Part shown: piece by piece, positions 52,989 to 64,000 of the stretch
Numbering within the stretch: the first letter of the stretch is position 1
Layout of the letters: the number at the start of each line of letters is the position of its first letter
Assembly (NCBI GenBank): GCA_051294375.1
Contig: CM119266.1
Coordinates: 4,803,685 to 4,867,684 of the forward strand
Reading direction: 5' to 3'
DNA: 64,000 nucleotides
Source: Paraspadella gotoi
Taxonomy: Eukaryota > Animalia > Chaetognatha
Notes under the pieces: generated by a model
Databases searched by the model: none
Seen by the model: the letters and a program-made list of their open reading frames with translations, nothing else
Told to the model about the DNA's origin: nothing
Made by a program: the position numbers and the translations under genes

Positions 52989-53830
52989 TCTCCATCCTCG
53001 CCCTCCTCTCCGCCGTCCACCAAACGACCGCGATTTTCTCCCATTCGTCGTCGGTGATAAAAGACTTGGACGACCCGTTGGGTCTCGAACCCGCGACCCC
53101 GAGATCCCAGCAATTCCCCTTCTCCGTCTTCCGACTCTCTTCTCTGAACCGGGCCTCTCTTTCCCGGGTCCGTCTTAGGCGCGCCTCTCGCTCCGTCTCC
53201 AGCCTCTGTCGGGGCGAGGCACCGTGTTCGGTCTCGTTGCCGGAAATGGGCGTGTCCGGAGCGGCGTCGTCGGCGGTTGACGCCGCGTGGTCGCCGAAGA
53301 CGATCGTCAAGTAAACTTCGCCCTCGAGATGAAAAAGAGGCGACGTCGACGATGATGATGACGACGACGATGATGACGACGACGATGAGTTTCTCTCCGA
53401 AGGGAACAGTTTTTCTTTCTCCGTCGAAGAAGCGACGTTTCCTCCCGGGGGACGTTCGCTGATGCTGCTGCTGCTGCTTCCGCGGTCGCCCCTGTCACTG
53501 CTGCCGTTTTCAGTTTTGCTGCCGCTGCTGATGCTGCCAATACTGCTCCTGCTGCTCTCTATCCCGTCGCCGCTTTCCTTTTTCAAGTCGACCATTCGTT
53601 TCGTCTCTCTCTCTTCTTTTTTTTCATCGGCGTCTCTCTCTCTATCTTTTTCCGACTCGATCCTCTCGCCGACGACGCCGTTTTGATCGATCGTCGATCT
53701 AGAGTCCAAAGCGGCGCTCAATTTCGACGCCCGTTTCTCTGCTTCTCTCGCGCCGGCGGCGCCGCCTTTGCCGACCTCGAACCCGAAGCATCGGGCGCCG
53801 CAATCCGTTGCATTGGCAGCGGGGGCGTCT

Positions 53831-53869
<39 letters not shown>

Positions 53870-54171
53870 TAGACGTAGACGACGATCGCGATGCCCGATT
53901 TTCGGGGTCGACACAGAGGGCGCGCGTAACGAGAGGAGGAGGAGGAGGAAGAGGAGGAGGATGAGAGGAAAAATCGATTTTTGGGTGCGAAGGAAGGCGG
54001 CGAATATATCCACGCCGCCGGCGGCGTTATCGTAGTCGGCGGTGGCGGCGTTATCTGAGGGGACGGCGGCTGCGGCGGCTGCGGCGGCTGCGGCTGCGGC
54101 GGTCTGGATCGATCGAAGGTCGAACGAGATTTCGTTAATGAGATGCGACGACGGATTTCGAGAAAATCCAT
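52989..54171 (-). CDS. Class C GPCR exon 1: N-terminus, hydrophobic signal-like segment, low-complexity spacer and start of VFT
   Basis: 394-codon open frame from ATG to a GTGAGT donor. Contains IAIVVYVYVVVVAAAAAAAAS and LFHLEGEVYLTIVFGDH (compare mGluR LEGDLVLGGLFPVH), then GNCWDLG. Confidence 0.72.
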
Positions 54172-55900
54172 TTTTTATTCCTTATTCCTTCCTCCCTTTT
54201 AATCTTTCCTTATTCTCTTAATCCTTCCTTTATTTTTTTGTCCTTTCTTTATTCTTCGAGACGCGTATAAAGAAGCGAAAGGTCGTTGTTCGCCTCCGAA
54301 ATTCCTTTTTTATTTTCCGTCGTCGATTTGGATATTTTTAAATCCGGGCTTTCGTCGCGAGTTGAAAGGGCAAAGGGAAAACGCATTCCTTGTCAAAAAT
54401 TCTTGTCAAAAGTTCATCTTAGTTATTTAATTCTGTTTTATCCAGAATTGTGTTTTGTTATCCTTTGAGGTCAACAAATGCATTCAATTTAATTCCTTCT
54501 TCGCGGAGTTGAATAAAGTATGTTTTTGACGTTTTCGACGTACGTAAATGAACTTTTTTTGGTTTCGTTGACGCGTCACACGTCGCAGTTTACGTAGCGT
54601 ATTTTCTGTAGAAAAATAGGATATATAATCATTAGTTGTGGGTCATATTATTCATTTAAAAATCGTGGGTTGACATAAATGTGAAAATAAATAATTCTGT
54701 TAAAATACTACAATATGCAAATTAGATAGAAGTACTTTCATTAGATATAGAATTTTGAAGTGTCAATCGTCACAGATGTAGGAAGAGGAGGAAGAGGAGG
54801 AGGACGAAGTGGGCGCGCCTCGAACTCTGCGAGAAAGAAGGGGAAACGTCGGTTGTCTAAATGGAAATTGGAGGGATGTGAAAACATTGACGGTCTCGTT
54901 ACGTCGAGGAAATGAGACCGGGTAAAAGGTAAGGGCGGACAAAAGACCCATCCAGAGGGAAGGGGGGGCTTTAGGGAGGGTGAGGGGGGGAGGTGGGTAA
55001 AGTGAAAAAAAAAAGGGCTGTCGAGGAAATCGCGCGAAAGGTCAAAAATTGGATTGACCAGAGGAGCTTAAGACGCGAACCCTGGGGTCAGATTCTGATG
55101 ACGCGTCCTCGAGAAAGAAAATGGAGGCGATGAAACCCGAGATGGGTGAGGGGGGGGAGAGGAGGGGGGAGGGGGGGAGAGGGGAGGCGGTCGCAGTTGG
55201 GATGTGATGTTAATCATTTGGAAACTTAAGGGGGAACGGGTTTGGGAAGAGGCCTGACAAGGAACGGAGGGATGGGGGAAGTAAGTGGGAAATAAGTGAG
55301 TGGGAGGTCGCAAGGAATCTCGTTCTCAGGTTGGGGAAGCGTCATTAATTTGGTCTTGCCAATTGCTCGATTTCGACTGGTAAATAAAAATATAACATTT
55401 GCTTTTATTTATAAAAAAAAAAGACATGATGTATGAAACTAAGAACTTCTGGATTCAACGAGTTCAGTAAATGCACGAAATAACTGTAGTGATTTACTGT
55501 ATTCATTTGTAAAGTAACATTTCGCTTGAGACGCTCTGTAGTTTAGGAATTTCCTCGCTGAACAAAAAATAGGTCGTTTGAGTGTCATTTCTGAGAAATG
55601 AGGAAAAAACCGATGTTCAAATTAATTTAATTCAAAAAGCCAAAGATTTTTCCCCGCACGCGGTCACCGAACGGGTTCTCCTTATTTGTCCCACGATGCA
55701 CCATCAGAGAATTTCCGATTATCATAACAGAACTTTTAAATTAAAAAATAAACAAAGAAAGCCTCAGTTTGAAAATAAATCCAACTCATCTTTTTCCTCT
55801 TCCTCTCTCTTGTTATTTTTTTCTCTTCACCCTTCCTCCTCCCTCTCTTTCTCCTCCCCTTCTTCCGTTCCACCTTCCTTTTTTTTTCTTCTTTCATTTT

Positions 55901-56483
55901 CGGCTCTATTTTCCAAAAGCGCCCCATTCCTGCTCCTTAATTTTAAGTTTAATATTTAAATCTAATTTATTATTTAACCTATAATTTAATCCTTTGTGGT
56001 GATATATTTATATTGTTTTACCACACTCATTATTCAGCCAATCCCATTGGCTCAGAGGGGGAATATATTATCCCAAGCATACGTTCCATCTACAGTCTTA
56101 ACAACTTACTTTTTTGTTAGAAAAGCGAGACCATCTTGGGATAACTGCGCTTTTGAGGGTCCGAAGCCCTTAAACCAACAGTGAGATGCCCTATCTAGTT
56201 ATCCCAATGGGTTTTACAGGTAACCCAGCAATTGCTATACCCTGATATTAACATAATTTTTAATTCTAACATTGTACCGTAATTTTAAATCTTTAACCCT
56301 ATCTTTTAATCCTTAATCTCTAAACCTAACATCTATCCCAAATTCGTAATATTAGTCCCCATATATAATCATTAACCTAATCATTAACCTAATCTTTAAC
56401 CTTAATAATTAATCTTTAAACATAAAAATTACTGTAGTTTTTAAATTTAAGATAAAATGGGGCGTTCAGGGAAAATAATGCCG
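55901..56483. mobile_element. Element bounded by imperfect ~26-bp inverted repeats, with a taacct-like core
   Basis: Left end cggctctattttccaaaagcgcccca versus reverse complement of right end cggcattattttccctgaacgcccca. Confidence 0.5.
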
Positions 56484-56917
56484 TTCTTCCTCCTTCTCTC
56501 CCTCTCCTCCTCCTCTGGCTTTTAAGCGGATTCCAGTCTTCTTCGATTTTTCTCTCGAGATTCCATCTCCGATTAAAGGAATCGAACTCGACAAAGGGAG
56601 GAGGAGGAGGGGGGAGGGGGTGGTTCTGTGGTGGTGGTAGGTTTGGGACATTGGGACATTGGGACATTGGACGGGTGGGGGACAAAGATAACCGATGACA
56701 AGTCGGTGGATTTCTACTGAGGAGACTGAGGGAAAGATTCGTCCGTCTCTCTGTGGTGAATTATTATATTATTATTAGTATAATTATTATTATTAGTATT
56801 GAATTAATGTCTTTCGCTTAAAAAAAAATATATATTTTTGGGCCATGGGGTCAACCGTTGCAATGTTTACAACACAGGAAACTAATGACGTTGGTTCAAT
56901 TAATTTGATGATTATCA

Positions 56918-57002
56918 ATTCATTTAATAAATAAGCTATTCCCTGACTTGAACAAGCTATGGTGAGTTAAGGCCTTCATTCCTCTTACACGATAACATAG
57001 CA
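56918..57002 (+). mobile_element. Fragment of the 20173-20710 palindromic repeat family
   Basis: tcatttaataaataagctattccctgacttgaacaagct matches 20208-20250. Confidence 0.6.
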
Positions 57003-57250
57003 GATGATGATCAATAATGTTTTAATTTTATAAAAGCTTCACTCACTTAAGAATTAGATCTGCACTATAGCATCAAAATACACTGTCAAGAAATTAGTTC
57101 CAATATGACGTCTTTTCTCTTATTTGGAATAAGAAGACTTTTTTTCCGCTTCGATGTCGTCAATGGATTCATTTCTCTCTCGTTTTCTTTATTTCTTTCG
57201 TTCTTCTTCCTCTTCCTCTTCCTCCCTCTTTCCCTCACCCAATAACTCAC

Positions 57251-57321
57251 CCTCAGAGGTGAGGATGTCACTGATCTCCTCACGGATTTTGATAACGAGA
57301 TTTTCGACCTCACGCCTTCGA
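57251..57321 (-). CDS. Candidate exon of an unidentified gene
   Basis: TTTTGTTAG acceptor and GTGAGT donor. Open frame RRREVENLVIKIREEISDILTSE. No recognisable family. Confidence 0.35.
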
Positions 57322-57580
57322 CTAACAAAACAGAAAGTCTGACCGGACCTCACACGTCTCACACATCTCACACGAAGCGACGCCGACTTTCCTCCACACC
57401 CTCTCAATCACGCCCCACATTCACCTCGACCCCACAGATAGTCTCACATCTACCCATGACCCTTCAGCCACGCCCACTTCACCCCACAACCCTCCACAGC
57501 CACGCCCTTCCACGACCCCGAAACCTTTGTCCTTCTCTCAATGCTGAAAAAATTGTTGTTCTCTTAATCCATTGACCTAA

Positions 57581-57639
<59 letters not shown>

Positions 57640-57762
57640 CCTCTCTCTCTCTCTCCCCCCCTTGCCGTTTCCTCTGTTTTTTTCCCTCTTTTATATCCAT
57701 TGTGCCGACGTCATATAGTGAGGCTTAAAATGTAACTCGTAAAACGTCTTTTTTTCCCCTCT

Positions 57763-57880
57763 TTTTCATTTCTTTTCTTTCCTCCCTTTCATTCTTTTCT
57801 TTCCTCCCTTTCATTCTTTTCTTTCCTCCTTTTCATTCTTCTCTTTCCTCCCTTTCATTTTTTTCTTTCCCCCTTTCATT
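57763..57880. repeat. 22-bp pyrimidine minisatellite, ~5 copies
   Basis: Unit tttcattcttttctttcctccc. Confidence 0.85.
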
Positions 57881-58506
57881 CTTTCTTCCTCCTCAAACTT
57901 CCCTTATTTCCTTTTCTATTTTTATTTCCTTCCTTCCATCCTTTCCTACCTGTTCTTCTTTTCTCCCTTCCTTTTCCCCCTTCAATTCCTGCCCTCCTTT
58001 TATTTCATTCTTTCCNNNNNNNNNNNNNNNNNNNNNNNNNNNNNNNNNNNNNNNNNNNNNNNNNNNNNNNNNNNNNNNNNNNNNNNNNNNNNNNNNAAAA
58101 AAACCAGTATTTAATATGACTTTGCTTTCAAAAAACGAGAGAGAAAAAAAAATAGATAATTTTATAAAAGTTTCCTCCTATAGATTCTCCAATTTTCTTC
58201 CACTCTCTCTCTCTCTCTCGGCGGCGTCGCTTTCTTTCAGATAAAACGTCAACTTTGTTATTATTTTTTTTGTGCCTCCAGATCCAAAGGAAAGAGAGAG
58301 AGAGAGAGAGAGAGATACTTTCTCTCCCGTTGCTCTTTTGCCTTACCCTCAACCTCACCCTTTTCCCCTTTGATCTTTTTTCTTTGAAACATAAATTTTT
58401 CTTTTTTTTCTTTCTTTTTTATTGCCTTTATATCTTTTCCTCTTTTCTTTTTATTACGCCCGGTTTTATTTTCCCTTAGATTTCTTTGATTCCCTTTGAT
58501 TTTGAA

Positions 58507-58615
58507 AGATTTCCATCAATTTTCTTAGATTTCCATCAATTTTCTTAGATTTCCATCAATTCTCTTAGATTTCCATCAATTCTCTTAGATTTCCGTCAAT
58601 TCTCTTAGATTTCCT
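58507..58615. repeat. 20-bp minisatellite, ~5.5 copies
   Basis: Unit agatttccatcaattYtctt. Confidence 0.9.
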
Positions 58616-58731
58616 TAAAATTTCATCTATTTTTCAATTCTCATCAAATTAAATTAATTTTCTTAAATTTTCTTTGATTTTCGTTGATTTTTTTATGAAC
58701 CTCCCCTATCCCAACAAACCGATTTATTCCA

Positions 58732-58776
<45 letters not shown>

Positions 58777-59587
58777 CTCTTTTCTTCTTTTTCCCTCAGC
58801 CGAGAATTAGTTTCCATTATTCCTTTTATCTTTTTTAGTTCGTCGGAGATTCAGGATCGAACGATCGATTTTCGCCGGAAGTAAACTTGATTAGAGGCGA
58901 AAATCTTGGACAAAAACAAAAAGACTTGAGAGAGATTTTGCAGAAGTTTTATTTTTAACTAAATGGAAGATAGAATATCAGTAATAACTCATTTATTACC
59001 CAATCATTAAATAAACTAAAAGAGATAGCCATATATCTGACTGAAAGCCTGCCGGGTCCTGCTCAGTTTTTTGAAGGAGGAATCTTACACACCATAGTTT
59101 GTTTAAAGAAATAGAATATTCTTATATTATTTGTGCCAATTTTTTGGTAGCTTGTATCTCATATATTTATGATATGAATTTTGGACCTTATAAAAGCTCA
59201 TCAATAATCCAATAATCCTAACTCAGTTTTGAAATCCATGACCATAAAAAATTACATTTTAAAATAAAACATTTTCTTGTGTTATTAGTTTCGCCGCGAG
59301 TTGGAAATACACAGGATAACGAAGTCACTACATATGTGAATTTCCGTTCTTGTTTTGTTTTACGTTTTGTTTTGTTTTACGTTTTGTTTTGTTTTATGTT
59401 TCACTATTTATTTTTTCTATCAACGCGACTTTTTATAAACTTTTGTTTTACGAACGAAAGAACAAAAGAAAAAAGTAGAAAAAAATCATTCGAGCGAAAT
59501 ATTATTTTCCCAAGAATTATTGGTTTTTTTTATTTGTATTTTTTATTTTTTATGTATTTCGATCGTCGCCTTCCGCCGATATTTCCG

Positions 59588-59735
59588 CGACGACGACGAC
59601 GATGACGACGACAACGACGATTATAACGACGACGACAACGACGATTATAACGACGACGAAGACGATGACAATGATGACGACAATGACGACGACGAAAATG
59701 TCGATAATGACGACGACAATGACGGCGACAATAAC
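59588..59735. repeat. Degenerate (GAC/AAC/GAT)n trinucleotide repeat
   Basis: Direct inspection; a similar tract lies at 60620-60840. Confidence 0.9.
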
Positions 59736-60071
59736 GTGAAAAAACTTCCTGCCTTTTTCTCACTTTTCTCAGTCGCTCTCTTGTGAAAATTTTCAACTTT
59801 TCACAGTGAGAGACGCAGGTGATTGTGAGATTGTGTGAGACTGAAATTGTGAATGTCTCGAGGGTGAGAAATCCCGTCGGTGAAACCTTTTTTTAATCAC
59901 GGCTCCACGCAACTCTGTTGGTCTGTCTGTAGACAAGTAGACAATGCCGAATAGACATAAATCAATGATTTTCAAAAGAGAAAGAGAAACTTGACTGATT
60001 GCGCCTTCCTTTTTATTTCGTCGGGCATTGCTATATGTTCACCCCACCTATAAGCATGTAAAATTTAGTCA

Positions 60072-60312
60072 TGACCCGGTGGCTCGTTGAGTAATAACAT
60101 CAGCTCATGACCGTGAGGTACCGGGTTCAATCCCAACCCGTTACCTACCCTGCGGGAAGCGTGAGGACGGCCATGAACCGCCTTGGGGGCGTGGAAAACC
60201 CTCAAGCCTGCCTCCAAGCCCAGAGGCTGCTAGAGGGGTTAGTCGTCTTCAGCCTAATGAGCGCCTTATCTACACTAGAAATAGAATCTGATTGAACAAC
60301 AACAACAACAAC
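60072..60312 (+). mobile_element. tRNA-derived SINE-like element
   Basis: Pol III A-box-like gtggctcgttgag (~60079) and B-box ggttcaatccc (~60124), a unique ~150-bp body, and an (AAC)6 tail at 60295-60312. Single copy in the window and no clear target-site duplication. Confidence 0.7.
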
Positions 60313-62783
60313 AGTTCTTATCACAAAAAAAACAGGCGCAGATTTTTTGTTCCCCCCCCCCCACTCGTCACGTTGACGTCATTTTTCGATTTTTATATTT
60401 TTCCCGCGCAACCGCCGCTGGCGCAGCCGCAGTTGCCGACGCCGCAGCCTCTGCTATCGCCGTCGTTAGCAGCGGCGTCCCTTTGCGGCGTCGTCGTCAC
60501 CCTTCGACGTCGTTACTGTCACTCGTCCGCGATGATGAGGATGACCCACGATATTCCTTTTCGCTGTGAGACGTCGAAATAGTCCCTCGGATAGAAACCT
60601 AATGATTATGATAATATTAATGTGATGATGATGACTGTGATGATGGCGATGATGAAGATGATAAAAGAAGACGATGACGATAATGATAACGACGATGAGG
60701 AAAACGGTTTTAATAATGATAAAATGGTGATAACGAAGACATTAGTGATAAAGACGATTAAAATGATGACAATGATAGTGATGACAATGATGATGACAGT
60801 GATAGCGATGACAATGATAGCGATGACGATGATGACGAAGGAGACTCAAACTCAAAGACCGGAAATGGCGAGAGAACGTGGGCGCGACGGAGAGACGAAG
60901 AGTCGAGGGCCTCAACTCGAAAGCCAAAGAATTAGAATTATGCCGAGAGAGAGAGAGAGAGAGTCAGATAGAGAGAGAGAACATTTGCAAGCACAAACCC
61001 AAACCCTCGTTCTCGGGGAAAAAGACTTCGTTTTCAATTCAGGATTTCTGGTTGATGTTATTTATTCATCTCCTTCTTTTTTCCATCTCTCTCTCTCTCT
61101 CTCACACACAAACGAAGCGAACGCAGTATTTTCCTTTTTTTTTCCCCGCGCGATTGGGGAATTCTCAATCTCGTCCTTTTCTGGCGCGAGACTCTGCGTG
61201 ACCGCGAGAGGTAGATGGCGCCAGAGACGGAAAAGAAAATAAAAGAGCAAATCTGTTTTGGTCACCGAGAAATGGCGACTGATCAGTATCAACAAAAGGG
61301 CAAGATGTTTGAAAAACGGAAGTCGCCAATAGATGACGCGAAGGAGACATCAAAACAAGTTCGTTTGTCAACAAAAGATCATTGGGATCGACAATAAAAG
61401 ATGCACGCGATAATTATCATAATGAAAAAAAAGTCAGAAAATCTAAGAAATGGCTCTTTCAACTTAAACTTAAATTCTAATTCAAAAGTGGCATCCAATT
61501 TAAAAGTGGCACTTGCGACTAAATCAAAGTTCTAATTCAGGAGTGGTAACTCGCTCAGAAGTGGCACCTGAGACGATTACTAAAGTCTAATTCAGAAGTG
61601 GCATCCAATTGAGAAGTGGCATCTGCGACTGAAGTGCCAGTTGCGATAGAAATGGCGCCTCTGGCCAAAAAAAAAAAAAAAAGCTCAGGCGTCGACGGTC
61701 GAGTTCGGTGACGAACCTCAGTTGATTAAATTTCGCGTTTGTCCCCTGGAGGCGCCTCCGACTTTTTTTGGAGAGAGAGGAGAGAGAGAGAGGGAGAGAG
61801 AAGAGAGAGGAGAGAGAGAAGGGGTGTTAGGGGGAAAAGGGGATATTAAGGGGAGAAAAGGGGGTGTTAATGGAAGAGAAGAATATATTTAGGGTGTTGA
61901 GATTGGGATGTTGAGAAAGAGTCGGGTGTTAACTAGACGATATAGGGTGAAACGGCATGAAAAAAGTAAAATGGCATGGAAAAGGGCATGATGAAAATGT
62001 GTGAAAACTGGATAAAACGGCATGAAAAAGGGATGAGTTGAAAATGACATGAAAATGTGGAGGGATGATTGAGGGTCGATTGACTGTTCAGAAACTTGGT
62101 AAACTGAATGGTAGTCGGCATAAATAGAATTAAAACAAAAAAGATTAAATAATATTATTTGATTTGATAAAGAGATGCCCAGCGTGGGGAGCTACACAAA
62201 AGAGGCGGGCAAAGGGTGAAGCGGTGAATTTTAACCTGGAAGTCTTTTTTAAAAAAAAACCAATGTGTGGAAGTTGAAGTACAGAACGAGAGGGTTCATC
62301 AAAGGACGAGAGATTTCTCCAAGCGCCCTCTAGGAACCTTAATTCGCTCGAGTTGACAGCGCGTGCGCAGTCCGTGCGGAGCTGGCGCCCGCGGTCACTT
62401 CCGGTTCACGCTGTGCGTACTGGTGACCGTTCTCTCGGTCCGCACGCGCATGATTTGGTTCGTGTGACGGGAGAAAGCGGATTTGAGGTTTCGCGATTAA
62501 GAGCGCGAGGGAACTCGGAACATTTTTATAAATAATATTTATTTGTTTTATTTTGTTTTTGTTTTGCTTTTTTTTTGAAAGTTAATTCGTTTCTAGTATC
62601 AATTTAAAGCTTTACGTCCATTTTTAAATCGTATTTAAATTTTTTTATAAATTTTGTTTTGTTGATTATATTCGCCATCAATTTTGACCTTTGTCCTCAC
62701 GGAGATCTGATTGCATAATCTCAACCCGAAGAAAAAACCCGATCAATATATTACAAAAAAGTCGATGAAAATGCACACAAAGG

Positions 62784-62817
<34 letters not shown>

Positions 62818-62831
62818 GGGCGGGAAAAAGA

Positions 62832-62867
62832 GGGGCGGAGAGGCTGATCACGTGACCGACACGTGAC
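62832..62867. promoter_or_regulatory. Candidate promoter motif cluster: GC box plus two CACGTGAC E-boxes
   Basis: ggggcgg at 62832; CACGTG at 62849-62854 and 62860-62865. Confidence 0.3.
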
Positions 62868-63624
62868 TAAGAGAAGAAGTTGAATTCGGTTAAGAAAAAG
62901 ACGACGAAAGAATACGAAACGAATTTTTGTGGTTTTTTTGAGTCGGAAACTCTGGAGGGGGAATGGGTGAGGAAGAGAGAATTAGAGAGAGAGGGTAAGT
63001 GAGAGAGAGATAGAGAAGGTAAGTGAGATGAGGAGGTAAGTTGAGGCGATTTAGATGGAGATTAGATAGGGGAAGGTGCGAGGTAACGGTGAGAGAGAAT
63101 TTGTGATTCGAAAGATGTTAAGTTAATTTTTGTTATAGTTTCGTCATAGATTTGGTAAAAGATACGGAATTCAATATTAAGAGTTAAAAATAAGTTCACG
63201 GATTAAGGGGCTTTCCGATAAGAGTACCCCTCCTACCTATAAATGGAGCAAGATTCAAGTCGAGTCGAGTCTAGAACAGATCGATCACAAATCGGATAGA
63301 AATTTAAAAAAAAAAGGTAAATGGATGATTTGGGAATTCCATCCCCGATTTTTTTTTTTACTCTTTTCCCTTTTCACCTTTTTTCTCCTTTTTTGGCGCA
63401 GACTTCGATTCGGTTTTTGGGGCAGGAAAGGCGCGGGGGGGGGGGAAGGGTGCGTTGTAGGTCGGTTGGGGGGAGGAGGGGGGCGGTGGTTGAGAATCTC
63501 GATTAAGCATTCGTTGGATGGTTATAGATGATCCAGTGGAAATCCACCGGTGAAAGAAGAAGATTCGGCGCCATTTTGAATTTTTTTTTCTCTTCTTTTT
63601 GGTCATTGCTACTTTGGGTGCCAT

Positions 63625-63905
63625 GTTAAGTCATGAAATTGGTACAACGAATATATATTCATTCATTTAATGAATAAGATATCTTGCCCCTGAATTTGGA
63701 CAGACTATGGTGGATTAAAACCTCTCCATCTCTCTTACCAGATAAGAACATAGCAAGCTTTCAATAAAGATTCTCTCACAGTCTCGTTTATTCACTCCGA
63801 GTACCTCAGAGTACCCGACTTCCCTATCAATGAATTGTCGTGATTAATAAGAGATTTTAATAAGTTTTTCGTAGGTTTTACATTAATTTTACTTTTTTGG
63901 ACATT
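63625..63905 (+). mobile_element. Diverged single-arm copy of the 20173-20710 repeat family
   Basis: Shares tatcttgcccc, cacagtctcgtttatt and cttccctatcaatgaa with the intronic element. Confidence 0.7.
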
Positions 63906-64000
63906 GCCCTTTATTTTTTTGGCGAATGTTAACTTTGTGCGCTCGAGTCGATTCGTCGTGCGATTTCAGTTGTTGTTGTTGTTGTCGTCGGTTTTTTTTT

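Noticed and set aside
8930-55214. Giant transposon or virus with 16-kb terminal inverted repeats
   Set aside because: The arms consist of host gene exons and introns, and no transposase, integrase, polymerase or capsid ORF was seen.
58507-58615. Iteron- or CRISPR-like 20-bp repeats
   Set aside because: Contiguous tandem units with no spacers, in eukaryotic context.
60073-60140. Functional tRNA-Met gene
   Set aside because: No convincing acceptor stem, imperfect anticodon stem, no oligo-T terminator, and a SINE-like body and tail follow.
59520-61242. Poly-Asp and poly-Met ORFs (59520-59786, 60622-61242)
   Set aside because: Trinucleotide-repeat translations without supporting gene structure.

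Overview
Eukaryotic (animal-like, probably invertebrate) genomic DNA, not prokaryotic: AT-rich, (GA)n-laden introns alternate with CpG-rich exons bounded by GT-AG sites, and nearly all ORFs in the supplied track are spurious repeat readings. Most of the window is one ~16-exon minus-strand gene. Splicing it by hand gives a ~1,650-aa orphan class C (glutamate-family) GPCR with a very divergent, insertion-expanded Venus-flytrap ectodomain, no recognisable nine-Cys domain, and a GPRC5/BOSS-like 7TM with an unusually long ICL3. The locus is scrambled by redundancy that looks like long-read gap-filling artefact. Block B (3894-8927) recurs at 25361-30351 and 31215-36211. Block C (36212-55214) recurs inverted at 8930-25168 and carries an internal ~2.7-kb duplication. 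There are four gaps of exactly 25 N, the copies differ mainly by 1-bp indels, and a SMRTbell-adapter-like 13-mer sits at two breakpoints. The most parsimonious true locus is about 1-8927 joined to 36212-64000. Also present are a tRNA-headed SINE-like element, two small dispersed inverted-repeat families (one fills a whole intron as a hairpin), several minisatellites and a candidate promoter. No CRISPR, rRNA or bacterial system was found. All protein-family calls come from motif recognition by eye, with no database search.
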